The notes beneath the pieces were generated by a model. It was given only the letters and a program-made list of their open reading frames with translations. It had not been told where the DNA came from and ran no database searches. Both the position numbers and the translations under genes were made by a program. This document shows, one piece after another, positions 7,357 through 15,776 of a DNA stretch of 40,492 nucleotides; positions within the stretch are counted from its first letter, which is position 1; each line of letters opens with the position of its first letter. Where the stretch lies: the NCBI GenBank assembly GCA_900318215.1, contig ONJV01000023.1, positions 1-40,492 of the forward strand, in the 5' to 3' direction. The DNA comes from an uncultured Veillonellaceae bacterium. Its GTDB lineage: Bacteria > Bacillota > Negativicutes > Selenomonadales > Selenomonadaceae.

Positions 7357-8946
7357 ATGGGAGCGATAAGGATGAGAGTCTCCATTCATAAAAAATATAC
7401 ATTCGTCGTCAGCATCGCGCTGCTCGTGACCGTGCTGGCGTTCATGGCACTCGTGCGCTGGGCCGTCGTCGGCTACTACGAGCAGAAGGTCCGCGCGAGC
7501 GATGCGCAGCTCACGCGCGTGCTCGCGCGCCATATCGAGCGCTCCATCCGCTCTGAGGACGAGGTCATCGGCATGCTGTCCGACTACCCCGACCTCTTCG
7601 AGAGCACGCAGGAAGAGCAGCAGTTCACGCTTTTGAAGACGGCGCGGAACCACCCGCACTACGAGCTCCTCGCCATCGTCAATATGGACGGCATGCAGAT
7701 TGCGCGGTCGTGGGGGCAGTGCGCCCCGCGCGGCGACCGCGCATGGTTCCTCGATTTTGCAAAGACGAAGCGCGGCGCCATCAGCGATGTCTACACATCG
7801 CGCTCGACGGGCAACCCCATCGTGACGATCACGAAGGGCATCTATGACGAGAACGGGAGCGCCATCGGCCTCATCATGGCCGACATCCGCACGACCGACC
7901 TCCAGCAGATCATCCGCTCGTGCAATAACGATCCCGACTGCGAGGTCTATCTGCTCGACAATGACGGCAATGCCATCGCCGCGCCGGACAGCCGGGATGC
8001 AGCGTCCATCGATGCGGCGCTCGCGGGCGCGGACAGCGGGCGCCATTTCATCAATGATGCGGGGCAGGAATGTATCGGCGCCTATCAGACCATCGACATC
8101 CCAGAGATCAACCTGCACTGGCGACTGATGTTCGTGCGCTACTACGACGCAGCGCTCGCGCCCGTCACGGCCATCATGCAGCGCACGGCGCTCCTCGGCT
8201 TCGTCGTCGTCCTCATCGTGGCATTCGCGCTCTACTTCATGAGCCGCCGCATGACGCGCGGCTTCCTGCGCGCGGGGCAGGTCATCCGCCTCGTCGGGCA
8301 GGGCGACTACAGCCAGCGCTTCGAATACCATGCGGACGACGAGCTCGGCGACATCGCGAAGAACCTCAACCATATGATCGACCTGCTCGTCAGCGCGCAG
8401 CGCAAGCAGCAGGCCGCTGCTGAGAAAATCGAGGACATGGCGTATCACGACGGCCTCACGGGCCTGCCGAACCGCCGCCACTTCATGGAGACCGCGCGCG
8501 ACGTGCTCGTGCGCGCCTATGGCACGAACCGCGTGGCTGCGCTGTTCTTCATCGATCTCGACAAGTTCAAGGCCGTCAATGACACGTACGGCCATGCGGC
8601 CGGTGACGAGCTCCTCATCGAGGTCGGCCGCCGCCTCACGCACATCGCGGGCCGCATCGAGCTTGTCTGCCGTCTCGGCGGCGACGAGTTCCTGATGTTC
8701 CTGCCCGGCGCGAACGACCTCGAAGTCGCGCAGAAGGGCCAGCACATCATCGATGTGCTCGAGCGCCCCATCCATCTCGCGGGCGCGGGCGTCGATGCGC
8801 ATATCTCCGCGAGCATCGGCATCGCGCGTTATCCGGATGACGCCACGACCATCGACGCCCTCGTCCAGCTCGCCGACGCCGCCATGTACGAGGCCAAGGC
8901 GAACGGCAGGGGAAGATACGTCATCACGCAGGAAGGGGAAAAATAG
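7357..8946 (+). CDS. Membrane sensor diguanylate cyclase (Cache-HAMP-GGDEF)
   Basis: Two TMs, Cache-like RAWF/ISDVYTS motifs, HAMP (DELGDIAKNLNHM), HDGLTGLPNRR, DLDKFKAVNDTYGH, RLGGDEF; alternative start at 7372. Confidence 0.9.
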   Translation: MGAIRMRVSIHKKYTFVVSIALLVTVLAFMALVRWAVVGYYEQKVRASDAQLTRVLARHIERSIRSEDEVIGMLSDYPDLFESTQEEQQFTLLKTARNHPHYELLAIVNMDGMQIARSWGQCAPRGDRAWFLDFAKTKRGAISDVYTSRSTGNPIVTITKGIYDENGSAIGLIMADIRTTDLQQIIRSCNNDPDCEVYLLDNDGNAIAAPDSRDAASIDAALAGADSGRHFINDAGQECIGAYQTIDIPEINLHWRLMFVRYYDAALAPVTAIMQRTALLGFVVVLIVAFALYFMSRRMTRGFLRAGQVIRLVGQGDYSQRFEYHADDELGDIAKNLNHMIDLLVSAQRKQQAAAEKIEDMAYHDGLTGLPNRRHFMETARDVLVRAYGTNRVAALFFIDLDKFKAVNDTYGHAAGDELLIEVGRRLTHIAGRIELVCRLGGDEFLMFLPGANDLEVAQKGQHIIDVLERPIHLAGAGVDAHISASIGIARYPDDATTIDALVQLADAAMYEAKANGRGRYVITQEGEK

Positions 8947-8970
8947 GAACTGGCTTTAAACTGAGCATAT

Positions 8971-9030
8971 AAAAAGACGCAGCTTCTGCCGGTGCATTAT
9001 CGCACCCGCGGAAGCTGCGTCTTGTTTTTT
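8971..9030. terminator. Bidirectional terminator between the DGC and the hydrogenase operon
   Basis: AAAAAGACGCAGCTTC...GAAGCTGCGTCTTGTTTTTT. Confidence 0.75.
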
Positions 9031-9047
9031 GTTATTGCATACAGGGG

Positions 9048-9104
9048 ACTCCTCCCGCCCTTCGGGCCCGTCCCCCCTCTGAGAGGGGGGCTGAAGGAGG
9101 GAGC
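9048..9104. repeat. REP-like double hairpin
   Basis: GCCC-TTC-GGGC followed by CCCCCCTC-TGA-GAGGGGGG; single copy in the window. Confidence 0.45.
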
Positions 9105-10770
9105 TCAGAACTCATATGCGGGCGGCACGGGCGTGTAATGCGTGTGCAGCAGGGCGTGGGCTTTTTCGCCGAGCGGCTCGCCGAGGTGGTCGTTGTAGAG
9201 TTTCTGGATGACAGGATTCTCGTGCGATTTGCGGCGCGGGAGGCTCTTAGGCCATGACTTCGATGAAGTCGTAGGGGCTCGTGCCGCTGCGGACGTCCTT
9301 CATGAGCTTGGCCGCATTCTTCAGCGTGTGCGCGACGGCGATATGGACGGTGCGCTCACCGAGATCGACGGTCGCTTCCTTGATGCCCTGCATGCCGCGG
9401 ACATCTGCGAAATCGATCTTTTCAAGCGTCTTGCCTGTGGCTTTCTCGTAGACGGTGCGGAGCGCCGCCTCCATGACGCCGCCGGTCGCGCCGAAGATGG
9501 CGCCGGCGCCCGTCGCTTCGCCGAGCGGGCTGTCGAAGTCGCTTTCGGGGAGGTCGCCAAACGTGAGGCCGACGGATTTGATGAGCTTGATGAGCTCGCG
9601 CGTCGTCAGGACGTAGTCGACGTCCTGCTTGCCGTCGCGGAGCATCTCTTTGCGCTGGATCTCGGCCTTCTTCGCCGTGCATGGCATGATGGCGACCGTG
9701 ACGATGTCATCAGGGCTGACGCCTGCGATCTTCGGATAGACGGTCTTGGCGACGGCGCCGAACATCATCATCGGGGATTTCGCCGAGGAGAGGTGTGCGA
9801 GGCTTTCGCCATATTCCTTTTCCATGAACGTGACCCAGGCCGGGCAGCACGATGTCATCATCGGCAGCGTGCCGCCATTCTTCAGGCGGTCGAGGAATTC
9901 CATGCCTTCCTCCATGATTGTGAGGTCGGCACCGAAATTCGTGTCAAAGACCTTGTCGAAGCCGAGGAGCTTCAGCGCCGTGACCATCTGGCCCGTCGCA
10001 ATCGCGCCGGGCTTCTTGCCGAAGGCGTCGCCGAGCGCCACGCGGACGGCGGGCGCGACCTGGCAGATGACGTGCTTCTTGCGGCTCTGGATGGCCCAGA
10101 GGACTTTTGCCGTCGCATCGCGCTCGACGATGGCGCCGGTCGGGCAGGCGAGGCTGCACTGGCCGCAGAGCACGCAGTCCGTCGCCTCCATCGGCTTGTC
10201 ATAGGCCGTCGTGACGACGATGTCCTTGCTGCGGTGCGCGTATGTCAGCGCCGCGATGCCCTGCACGTCCTTGCAGGCGCGGATGCAGCGGCCGCAGCGG
10301 ATGCACTTGCTGGGGTCGCGGATGATGGAGGGGTTCGTCTTGATGCGGTGGCCGATTTTCACGATGGACGGCAGCGGGCTCCGCAGGATGTTGAAGCGGC
10401 TGCAGAGCTTCTGCAGGTCGCAGTTCTGGTTGCGCGGGCAGGACAGGCAGTCGCGGTTGTGGTTCGCGAGCATGAGCTGGAGGATGGAGACCTGCGTGCT
10501 GCGCACAATGGGCGTATCCGTGTGGACTTCCATGCCCTCCCAACATTCCGTCGAGCAGGCCGCGTAGAGGCGGCGGCGCCCGATGACCTCGACGGAGCAG
10601 AGGCGGCAGTGCGCCTTGATGCGCTGGTCCTCATGGAAGCAGAGGTGCGGGATGTCGATGTGCGCCTGCTGTGCCGCCTGGAGGATTTTCGTGCCTTTCG
10701 GCACGGTCACGGGGATGTTGTTGATGGTGAGGTGGATCATTTCCACCGGTTTTTCTTGCATTTCAGGCAT
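9105..10770 (-). pseudogene. hydA: [FeFe]-hydrogenase catalytic subunit (HydA/HndD-like), disrupted by an internal deletion
   Basis: N-terminal [2Fe-2S], His-ligated and 2[4Fe-4S] motifs; L1 TSCCPAW and L2 MPCTAKKAE intact; frame stops at FIEVMA* (9247); the C-terminal KSLPRRKSHENP...LLHTHY segment lies in another frame (9248-9105). Confidence 0.85.
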
Positions 10771-12031
10771 GGAGCGCACCTCCTGCGTTTTCGCTGACAT
10801 CGAAGACCTCAGGGAACACCTGCATCGCGGCCAAGAGCGAGTTCTGTGCCGTCTCGCCGAGGCCGCAGAGCGACGAACGGCTCATGACCTCGGCGATATT
10901 CGCCATGAGGTCACGCTCGTCCTGCGTCAGCGTGCCCGCCTTGAGCTTTTCGAGGAACAGCGCGATGTGGACGTTGCCCTCGCGGCACGGTGTGCACTGG
11001 CCGCAACATTCCTCGGAGAAGAATTCCTGGTTCATGCGCAGGAAATCTATGACGCTCGTGCGGTCATCGACGACGAGAACGCCGCCGGAGCCGACGGTCA
11101 GGTTGATGGATTTGAGGTCTTCGTACGTGTACGGCGTGTCCAAGACTTCATCCGTGCCCGCCTGCACCTTGCCCGAGGCACCGCCCGTCTGGATGAGCTG
11201 GATCTTGCGGCCGCCCTGCACGCCGCCGGCCATCGCGATGATGTCGCGGATCTTCGTGCCGAACGGGATTTCGAAGACGCCCGGCTTCTCCACGTTGCCG
11301 GCGACGCTGATCATCTTCGTGCCGACGGAGTTTTCCGTGCCATAGCTTTGATAGACTTTCTTGTCATCGAGCAGCAGATGCGGCACGAGAGAGAGGCTCT
11401 CGACGTTGTTGAGGCAGGTCGGCCGCGCAAAGAGGCCGCTGACCTTGATGAATGGCGGCTTCATGCGCGGACGGCCGGCCTTGCCCTCGATGGAGCGGAT
11501 GAGCGCCGTGCCTTCGCCGCAGACATACGCTCCAGCGCCCGAGTAGAGGTGCAGGTTGAAATCGAATCCCTTGCCGAGGATGTTCGTGCCGAGGAAGCCG
11601 TAGCTTTTCGCCTGGCGGATGGCGTTGAGCAGCAGCGGCCGGTAGCATGCGTACTCGGCACGCATGTAGATATAGCCGTCCGTTGCGCCCATGACGTAGC
11701 CCGCGATGATCATCGCCTCGACGAGGTTGAACGGATCGTTCTTGATGAGCTCGCGGTCTTTGAACGTCGTCGTCTCGCCTTCGTCGGCGTTGCAGATGAT
11801 GACCTTGTTCTCGCCGTGGACTTTGCGGGCCTGCGACCACTTGCGGCCCATGTCGTACTCCGCGCCGCCGCGGCCCTTGACCTTGTTCTCCGCAATCAGC
11901 GAGGCGATGTCTTCCCCGTCCATCGTCACGGCTTTGCGGAGCGCGGAAAAGCCGCCGACATTCATGTACGAGCCGATGGAGCTCGTGTCATAGCGGCCGA
12001 AGTTCTGTGTGAGGAATCTGACGTTTTCCAT
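10763..12031 (-). CDS. NuoF-like FMN/NADH-binding hydrogenase beta subunit (HydB)
   Basis: KGRGGA, CNADEGE, GAGAYVCGEGTAL, NNVES, ECCGQCTPCREG, SLCGLG. Confidence 0.92.
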   Translation of the reverse strand: MENVRFLTQNFGRYDTSSIGSYMNVGGFSALRKAVTMDGEDIASLIAENKVKGRGGAEYDMGRKWSQARKVHGENKVIICNADEGETTTFKDRELIKNDPFNLVEAMIIAGYVMGATDGYIYMRAEYACYRPLLLNAIRQAKSYGFLGTNILGKGFDFNLHLYSGAGAYVCGEGTALIRSIEGKAGRPRMKPPFIKVSGLFARPTCLNNVESLSLVPHLLLDDKKVYQSYGTENSVGTKMISVAGNVEKPGVFEIPFGTKIRDIIAMAGGVQGGRKIQLIQTGGASGKVQAGTDEVLDTPYTYEDLKSINLTVGSGGVLVVDDRTSVIDFLRMNQEFFSEECCGQCTPCREGNVHIALFLEKLKAGTLTQDERDLMANIAEVMSRSSLCGLGETAQNSLLAAMQVFPEVFDVSENAGGALHA

Positions 12032-12046
12032 GCGGACGCCCTCCTT

Positions 12047-12541
12047 TCAGCGCAGGCTGCGGAGGAGCGCCATGATTTTTTCCTCCGAGTCGAGATGATC
12101 GTAGACATGCCCGTTGATGCGCACGGCAGGCGCGCGGTCGCAGGCGCCGAAGCACGTGATGCGCTCGAGCGTGAAGCGGCCGTCGTACGTCGTCTCGCCG
12201 TAGTCGATGCCGAGGAGGCGCTTCAGCGTCTCGGCGAGCGTCTCGCTGTCATTCACGCGGCAGGCAATCGAGCTGCAGACCTGGATCGGGTACCTGGCGC
12301 GCGGCTTGTCCGAGAGCTGGTCGTAAAAGCAGAGGATGTCGAAGACATTCGTCACGCGCATGTCGAGCTTTTGCGCGACATAGTACGCCGATGGCTCCGG
12401 CACATAATGCAGCGGCTCGAGATCCTGCACCTCGAGCAGGATGCCGACAATCTGCGTCGGGTCGAAATCATGCGACTCGAGCACGAGGTCGATCTTCGCC
12501 TTCATCTCCGGGGATAGTGGATGCTCCGTTGGAGAAATCAT
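12047..12541 (-). CDS. NuoE-like [2Fe-2S] hydrogenase gamma subunit (HydC)
   Basis: CSSIAC and CFGAC thioredoxin-like ferredoxin motifs; RBS AAAGGGAG before ATG at 12541. Confidence 0.9.
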   Translation of the reverse strand: MISPTEHPLSPEMKAKIDLVLESHDFDPTQIVGILLEVQDLEPLHYVPEPSAYYVAQKLDMRVTNVFDILCFYDQLSDKPRARYPIQVCSSIACRVNDSETLAETLKRLLGIDYGETTYDGRFTLERITCFGACDRAPAVRINGHVYDHLDSEEKIMALLRSLR

Positions 12542-12666
12542 AAAATACACGCTCCCTTTCTTCTTTTTGCTTCTTATTATACGAGCTTTTCGAAGAAAAT
12601 GGGAGTAGTATGCGAAAATCTTATCGATGTGAGAAAGTTTGAACGCACTTCGGCGCACGTCTGTCC

Positions 12667-12695
12667 TTTACAAAGTTACAGAGCCGTGGTATACT
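12667..12695 (+). promoter_or_regulatory. sigma70-type promoter for the small HTH gene
   Basis: TTTACA-17nt-TATACT with TG extension. Confidence 0.6.
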
Positions 12696-12823
12696 ATATA
12701 TGCCGCAAGGTGATTTGGATAAATAGTACTCGTCGAAAAGGAAGCTATCTGCCTCCTGGCAGATGGCTAAGACATCCCGAAGCGCACAGACGCCAAGGGC
12801 TCTGTCTTAGGGAGGGATTATTT

Positions 12824-13063
12824 ATGGCAATCAAGACTGTGGAAATGGATCGGCGTGACAGCGCGAGCTATCGCAAGCTCCTGCGGCGCGGCGGCTTCCT
12901 CTCGGCAAGCTATCTCTCCGGCAGCGGCCTCGATGTCGTGGCGCTCAAGAAGCTCGCCCAGCAGGGCAAGCTCGATGCCGTTCGTTGCGCGATTGGCAAA
13001 TCCATCCGGTGGTATTACCGGGAACAGCAGGCTGAGCTCGCTCACCTGCGCGGCGAAGTGTGA
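12824..13063 (+). CDS. Small hypothetical protein, possible excisionase/MerR-like HTH (79 aa)
   Basis: RBS GGGAGGG; host-like codon usage; LKKLAQQGKLDAVR...WYYR resembles HTH_17-type proteins; terminator at 13103-13131. Confidence 0.65.
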   Translation: MAIKTVEMDRRDSASYRKLLRRGGFLSASYLSGSGLDVVALKKLAQQGKLDAVRCAIGKSIRWYYREQQAELAHLRGEV

Positions 13064-13174
13064 GGCGGGGAAGCCTGCACTTCAGAGAATCAAGAACATC
13101 CTTGGAACCGGGAAGCCGGTTCTATTTTTTTGCGCAAAAAAGCGGATGCGATGTCGCACCCGCGAAAGTTGAAA

Positions 13175-13648
13175 TTATTGCAGCTGCGCCTTCCAGTACT
13201 CGAGGTCGGGCGCGTTCAGGGGGAGGTCGATGGTCTGGCCGTCTTCGTAGTAGTAGCGGACGCGGACTTCGTCGGCGTTGCGGACGGCTTTGAGGCTGGC
13301 TTTCGGCAGCTCGCAGAAGAGCTTGTTCTCGTTCTTGAAGCGGTTCGATGGATCCGTCTCGCCGGGCGGCGGGAGCTGCTTGACTGTCGCGACCATTTCC
13401 CAGGCTGTGCCGTCCGTGTAGAGGACGGCCTGCGGCAGGAGCTTTTCCGTGCCGTAGCGGCTGTCCCAGATGGTCAGCACGGCGCCTTCGAGCGCGCCGG
13501 ACTCCGTATGCGAGCTCTGGAAGTCGATGCGGCAGTAGGCCGAGAGGCTTTCAGCGGTGCGGTGGTCGTAGCTGTACATGTAGGAAAAACCGAAAATGCC
13601 GGCGAGCATGAGGAGCAGCCCGACGGCAATGAGGATGCGTTTGTACAT
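13175..13648 (-). CDS. Hypothetical exported or membrane-anchored protein
   Basis: N-terminal hydrophobic helix, RBS GGAGG, coding-like codon usage. Confidence 0.75.
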   Translation of the reverse strand: MYKRILIAVGLLLMLAGIFGFSYMYSYDHRTAESLSAYCRIDFQSSHTESGALEGAVLTIWDSRYGTEKLLPQAVLYTDGTAWEMVATVKQLPPPGETDPSNRFKNENKLFCELPKASLKAVRNADEVRVRYYYEDGQTIDLPLNAPDLEYWKAQLQ

Positions 13649-13689
13649 AGAGTGAAAGACCTCCGAAGGTCGAATTTGTCTTTGGAAAA

Positions 13690-14253
13690 TCAGAAAAACC
13701 GCTGGATGAGGTCGGACGCGAGGTTCTTGCCGCCGCAGCGGGAGTCGCTGCCCGACGAGGCGAGTGTCGCGGCGTAGCGCGGGTCGCCATAGTACGAAAC
13801 CTTGATGTGTTTGCTGACTTTTGCGTCGGCATCGATGCCGAGGTCGTGGAGCTTCTTGCGCACGGCCGAGTTCATGCCGGAGTAGCCCTTGAGGATGGTC
13901 TTGAGTTCCTGCGCACGACGGCGCGGCTCATCTGCAAAAGCGTTGCTCTTGACGATGTCGCGCAGAATCTCGGCACGGCGGCTGCCCTGCCGGCAATCCT
14001 CGCCGACACGGTGCAGCACATCGAGCACGACCTCGCGGATTTCGCCGGGATAGAGGTCGCGCTCCTGTCCGCGCATGAGCACGGCATCCCCGGTCGAGGC
14101 GCCTGCGCTCGCGAAATTCTCGACGCGGGCGCGCAGCGTCTCGTTCTCTTCTTCAAGCATGGCTTTTTCGAGTTCGAGCTCTTCGATGCGTTTCTCATAA
14201 GCCGTCATGGCCTCCTGAATCGTGCGAGGCTTTTCACTGGCTGGCTTTCCCAT
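13690..14253 (-). CDS. Hypothetical protein: coiled coil plus C-terminal domain resembling HicA-like folds
   Basis: RBS AAAGGAGG; heptad EKRIEELELEKAMLEEENETLRARVE; C-terminal LG...KHIKV...SGSD.R..GKN pattern. Confidence 0.7.
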   Translation of the reverse strand: MGKPASEKPRTIQEAMTAYEKRIEELELEKAMLEEENETLRARVENFASAGASTGDAVLMRGQERDLYPGEIREVVLDVLHRVGEDCRQGSRRAEILRDIVKSNAFADEPRRRAQELKTILKGYSGMNSAVRKKLHDLGIDADAKVSKHIKVSYYGDPRYAATLASSGSDSRCGGKNLASDLIQRFF

Positions 14254-14343
14254 AGAGACGCACCTCCTTTCTCTGCTCGCTGTTCTAATGTTTTTTTCTA
14301 TTATATCGCAGGATCCGGCGGGGTGCAAAAAAGGAAGCAAAAA

Positions 14344-15396
14344 TCATGCCAATGCGTGGTAGCTTTCGATAGGCAGGCTTTCGTCGCTGCCGATGCGCTT
14401 GACGCTTTCGCGTTCGATGAGGTGGAGCGGCAGGTCGCCGAGGGGCTCGTCGACGCCGCTGATGACGTTGAGGAGCAGCTGGGCGGTCTTCATGCCGACG
14501 AGGTCGTAGTCGAACTGGATCGTCGTGAGCGCGGGGTAGACGACGGCGCTGACGTCGTAGCCGCCGAAGCCCGTGACGGAGATTTCCTCGGGCACGCGGA
14601 TGCGGCGCTCGTGGAAGTAGCGCAGCACGCCGAGGCTGATGTTGTCAGTCGCGCAGACAACGACGGTGGCGCCGCCATCTTTTTCGCGTTCGAGTTCGGG
14701 GCCGCGGCTGTAGGCCGAGAGGAAGTCGAAGCCTGTTTCGAGGAAGTCGACGCGGGCGGGACGGCTGCCTTCGCGCCCTTCGGCGAACGCGTCGAGGAAG
14801 CCCTGCTTGCGGTCGCGGCCGACGGCTTTGTCACGCTCGCTGACGCCGAGGAAGACGGCGTGCTCGTGGCCCATCTGCCGCAGGTATGCGCCCATGAGGC
14901 GGCCGGCGGCGTAGTCGTCGAGCTTCAGCCAGTGGACGCCGTTGTGCTGCTGGCCCGTGAAGACAATCGGCAGGCCGAGATTTTCCGTAAGCTTGACGTG
15001 GCGGTCGGTGATGCCGATGGAATCGACGATGATGCCATCGACGCCCTGCTGCGCGAGGCTCTGGATGCAGGCGAGCTCCTTTTCCGTCTTGAGCTGGCTC
15101 GAGAGCAGGAGTCCCTGGTAACCGCGCGGTTCGAGGATGCGGCCAATCCCTGTCAGGAGCTTGCCGACCGTGACGGAGTCGATGCGCGGCAGCACGATGC
15201 CGACGAGCTTGCTCTCCTTCATCTTGAGGCGCTTGGCGAAGAAGTTCGCCTTGTAGCCCGTCTTTTCGATGACGGCGCGGATGCGTTCGGCTTTTTCCTC
15301 GCTGATGTAGCCGCGGTTGAGGTAGCGGGAGACGGTGCTCTTCGAGACGCCGGCCATCTCGGCAATCTCCTGGATGGTGACTTTCTGCTCGTTCAT
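14344..15396 (-). CDS. LacI family transcriptional regulator (ScrR-like)
   Basis: TIQEIAEMAGVSKSTVSRYLN HTH; VPEEISVTGFG; PALTTI; RBS AAGGAG before ATG at 15396. Confidence 0.92.
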   Translation of the reverse strand: MNEQKVTIQEIAEMAGVSKSTVSRYLNRGYISEEKAERIRAVIEKTGYKANFFAKRLKMKESKLVGIVLPRIDSVTVGKLLTGIGRILEPRGYQGLLLSSQLKTEKELACIQSLAQQGVDGIIVDSIGITDRHVKLTENLGLPIVFTGQQHNGVHWLKLDDYAAGRLMGAYLRQMGHEHAVFLGVSERDKAVGRDRKQGFLDAFAEGREGSRPARVDFLETGFDFLSAYSRGPELEREKDGGATVVVCATDNISLGVLRYFHERRIRVPEEISVTGFGGYDVSAVVYPALTTIQFDYDLVGMKTAQLLLNVISGVDEPLGDLPLHLIERESVKRIGSDESLPIESYHALA

Positions 15397-15431
15397 GGGT
15401 GCTTGCTCCTTAATTTGCTTCTTGCAGATAA

Positions 15432-15459
15432 TGGTATCAATACCACACCGCAAAGTCAA
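15432..15459 (-). promoter_or_regulatory. lacI-family promoter with an overlapping palindromic operator
   Basis: Minus strand TTGACT-17nt-TACCAT; palindrome TGGTAT-CA-ATACCA (15432-15445) covers the -10. Confidence 0.5.
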
Positions 15460-15509
15460 TGATTTTTTCCTCGTATTGCATTTCAAAAGACAGTATGATA
15501 ATATGAAGG

Positions 15510-15588
15510 TGCAGAAATACTTTGTGGTCATCAACGCACCACGGGAAAGCGCTTGCAAGACGGTAACTTGCGGGCGCTTTTCATTTTT
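15510..15588 (+). ncRNA. Putative antitoxin sRNA (type I TA-like)
   Basis: Promoter TTGCAT(15476)-17nt-TAATAT with TG extension; 5' part 15512-15540 repeats 15756-15788; own terminator GAAAGCGCTTGCAAG/CTTGCGGGCGCTTTT followed by a U tract. Confidence 0.72.
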
Positions 15589-15589
15589 G

Positions 15590-15627
15590 AAATAGACAAA
15601 GACCCCGAGCGGAAAGCCCAGGGTCTT
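15590..15627 (-). terminator. Terminator of the small peptide mRNA
   Basis: Minus strand AAGACCCTGGGC-TTTCC-GCTCGGGGTCTT then TGTCTATTT; the stem is fully paired (with G-U) only on the minus strand. Confidence 0.7.
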
Positions 15628-15686
15628 CTTTGCGTCCGGCAGGTAGGTGGGCCTGCCTGCGTTGGCGCCACGCGTGCGGTACGTCA

Positions 15687-15776
15687 CTACCGCGTCAACG
15701 CTGCGAGGATCAGCGTCCCGAGAATGCTCCCGAGGATGCTGATTCCCAACTCGAACAGAAAATACTTTGTCGTCAT
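15687..15776 (-). CDS. 29-aa hydrophobic peptide MTTKYFLFELGISILGSILGTLILAALTR, putative type I toxin
   Basis: RBS GAAGGGGGTG, ATG at 15776, tandem stops TAG TGA, single TM helix, extended -10 TGATATAAT at 15833-15841; below the ORF-track size cutoff. Confidence 0.75.
   Translation of the reverse strand: MTTKYFLFELGISILGSILGTLILAALTR

Noticed and set aside
9247-9249. Stop read-through or programmed frameshift rescuing hydA
   Set aside because: The stop is TAA, and the L3-coding sequence is absent at this position, so recoding cannot restore it
10583-12517. Long antisense ORFs (this one, 5442-7040, 7336-8802, 9208-10797, 13807-15462, 15910-17838, 27310-28812, 34778-36184, 38018-39982)
   Set aside because: They are shadows of real genes on the opposite strand, caused by high-GC codon bias, and show no recognisable domains
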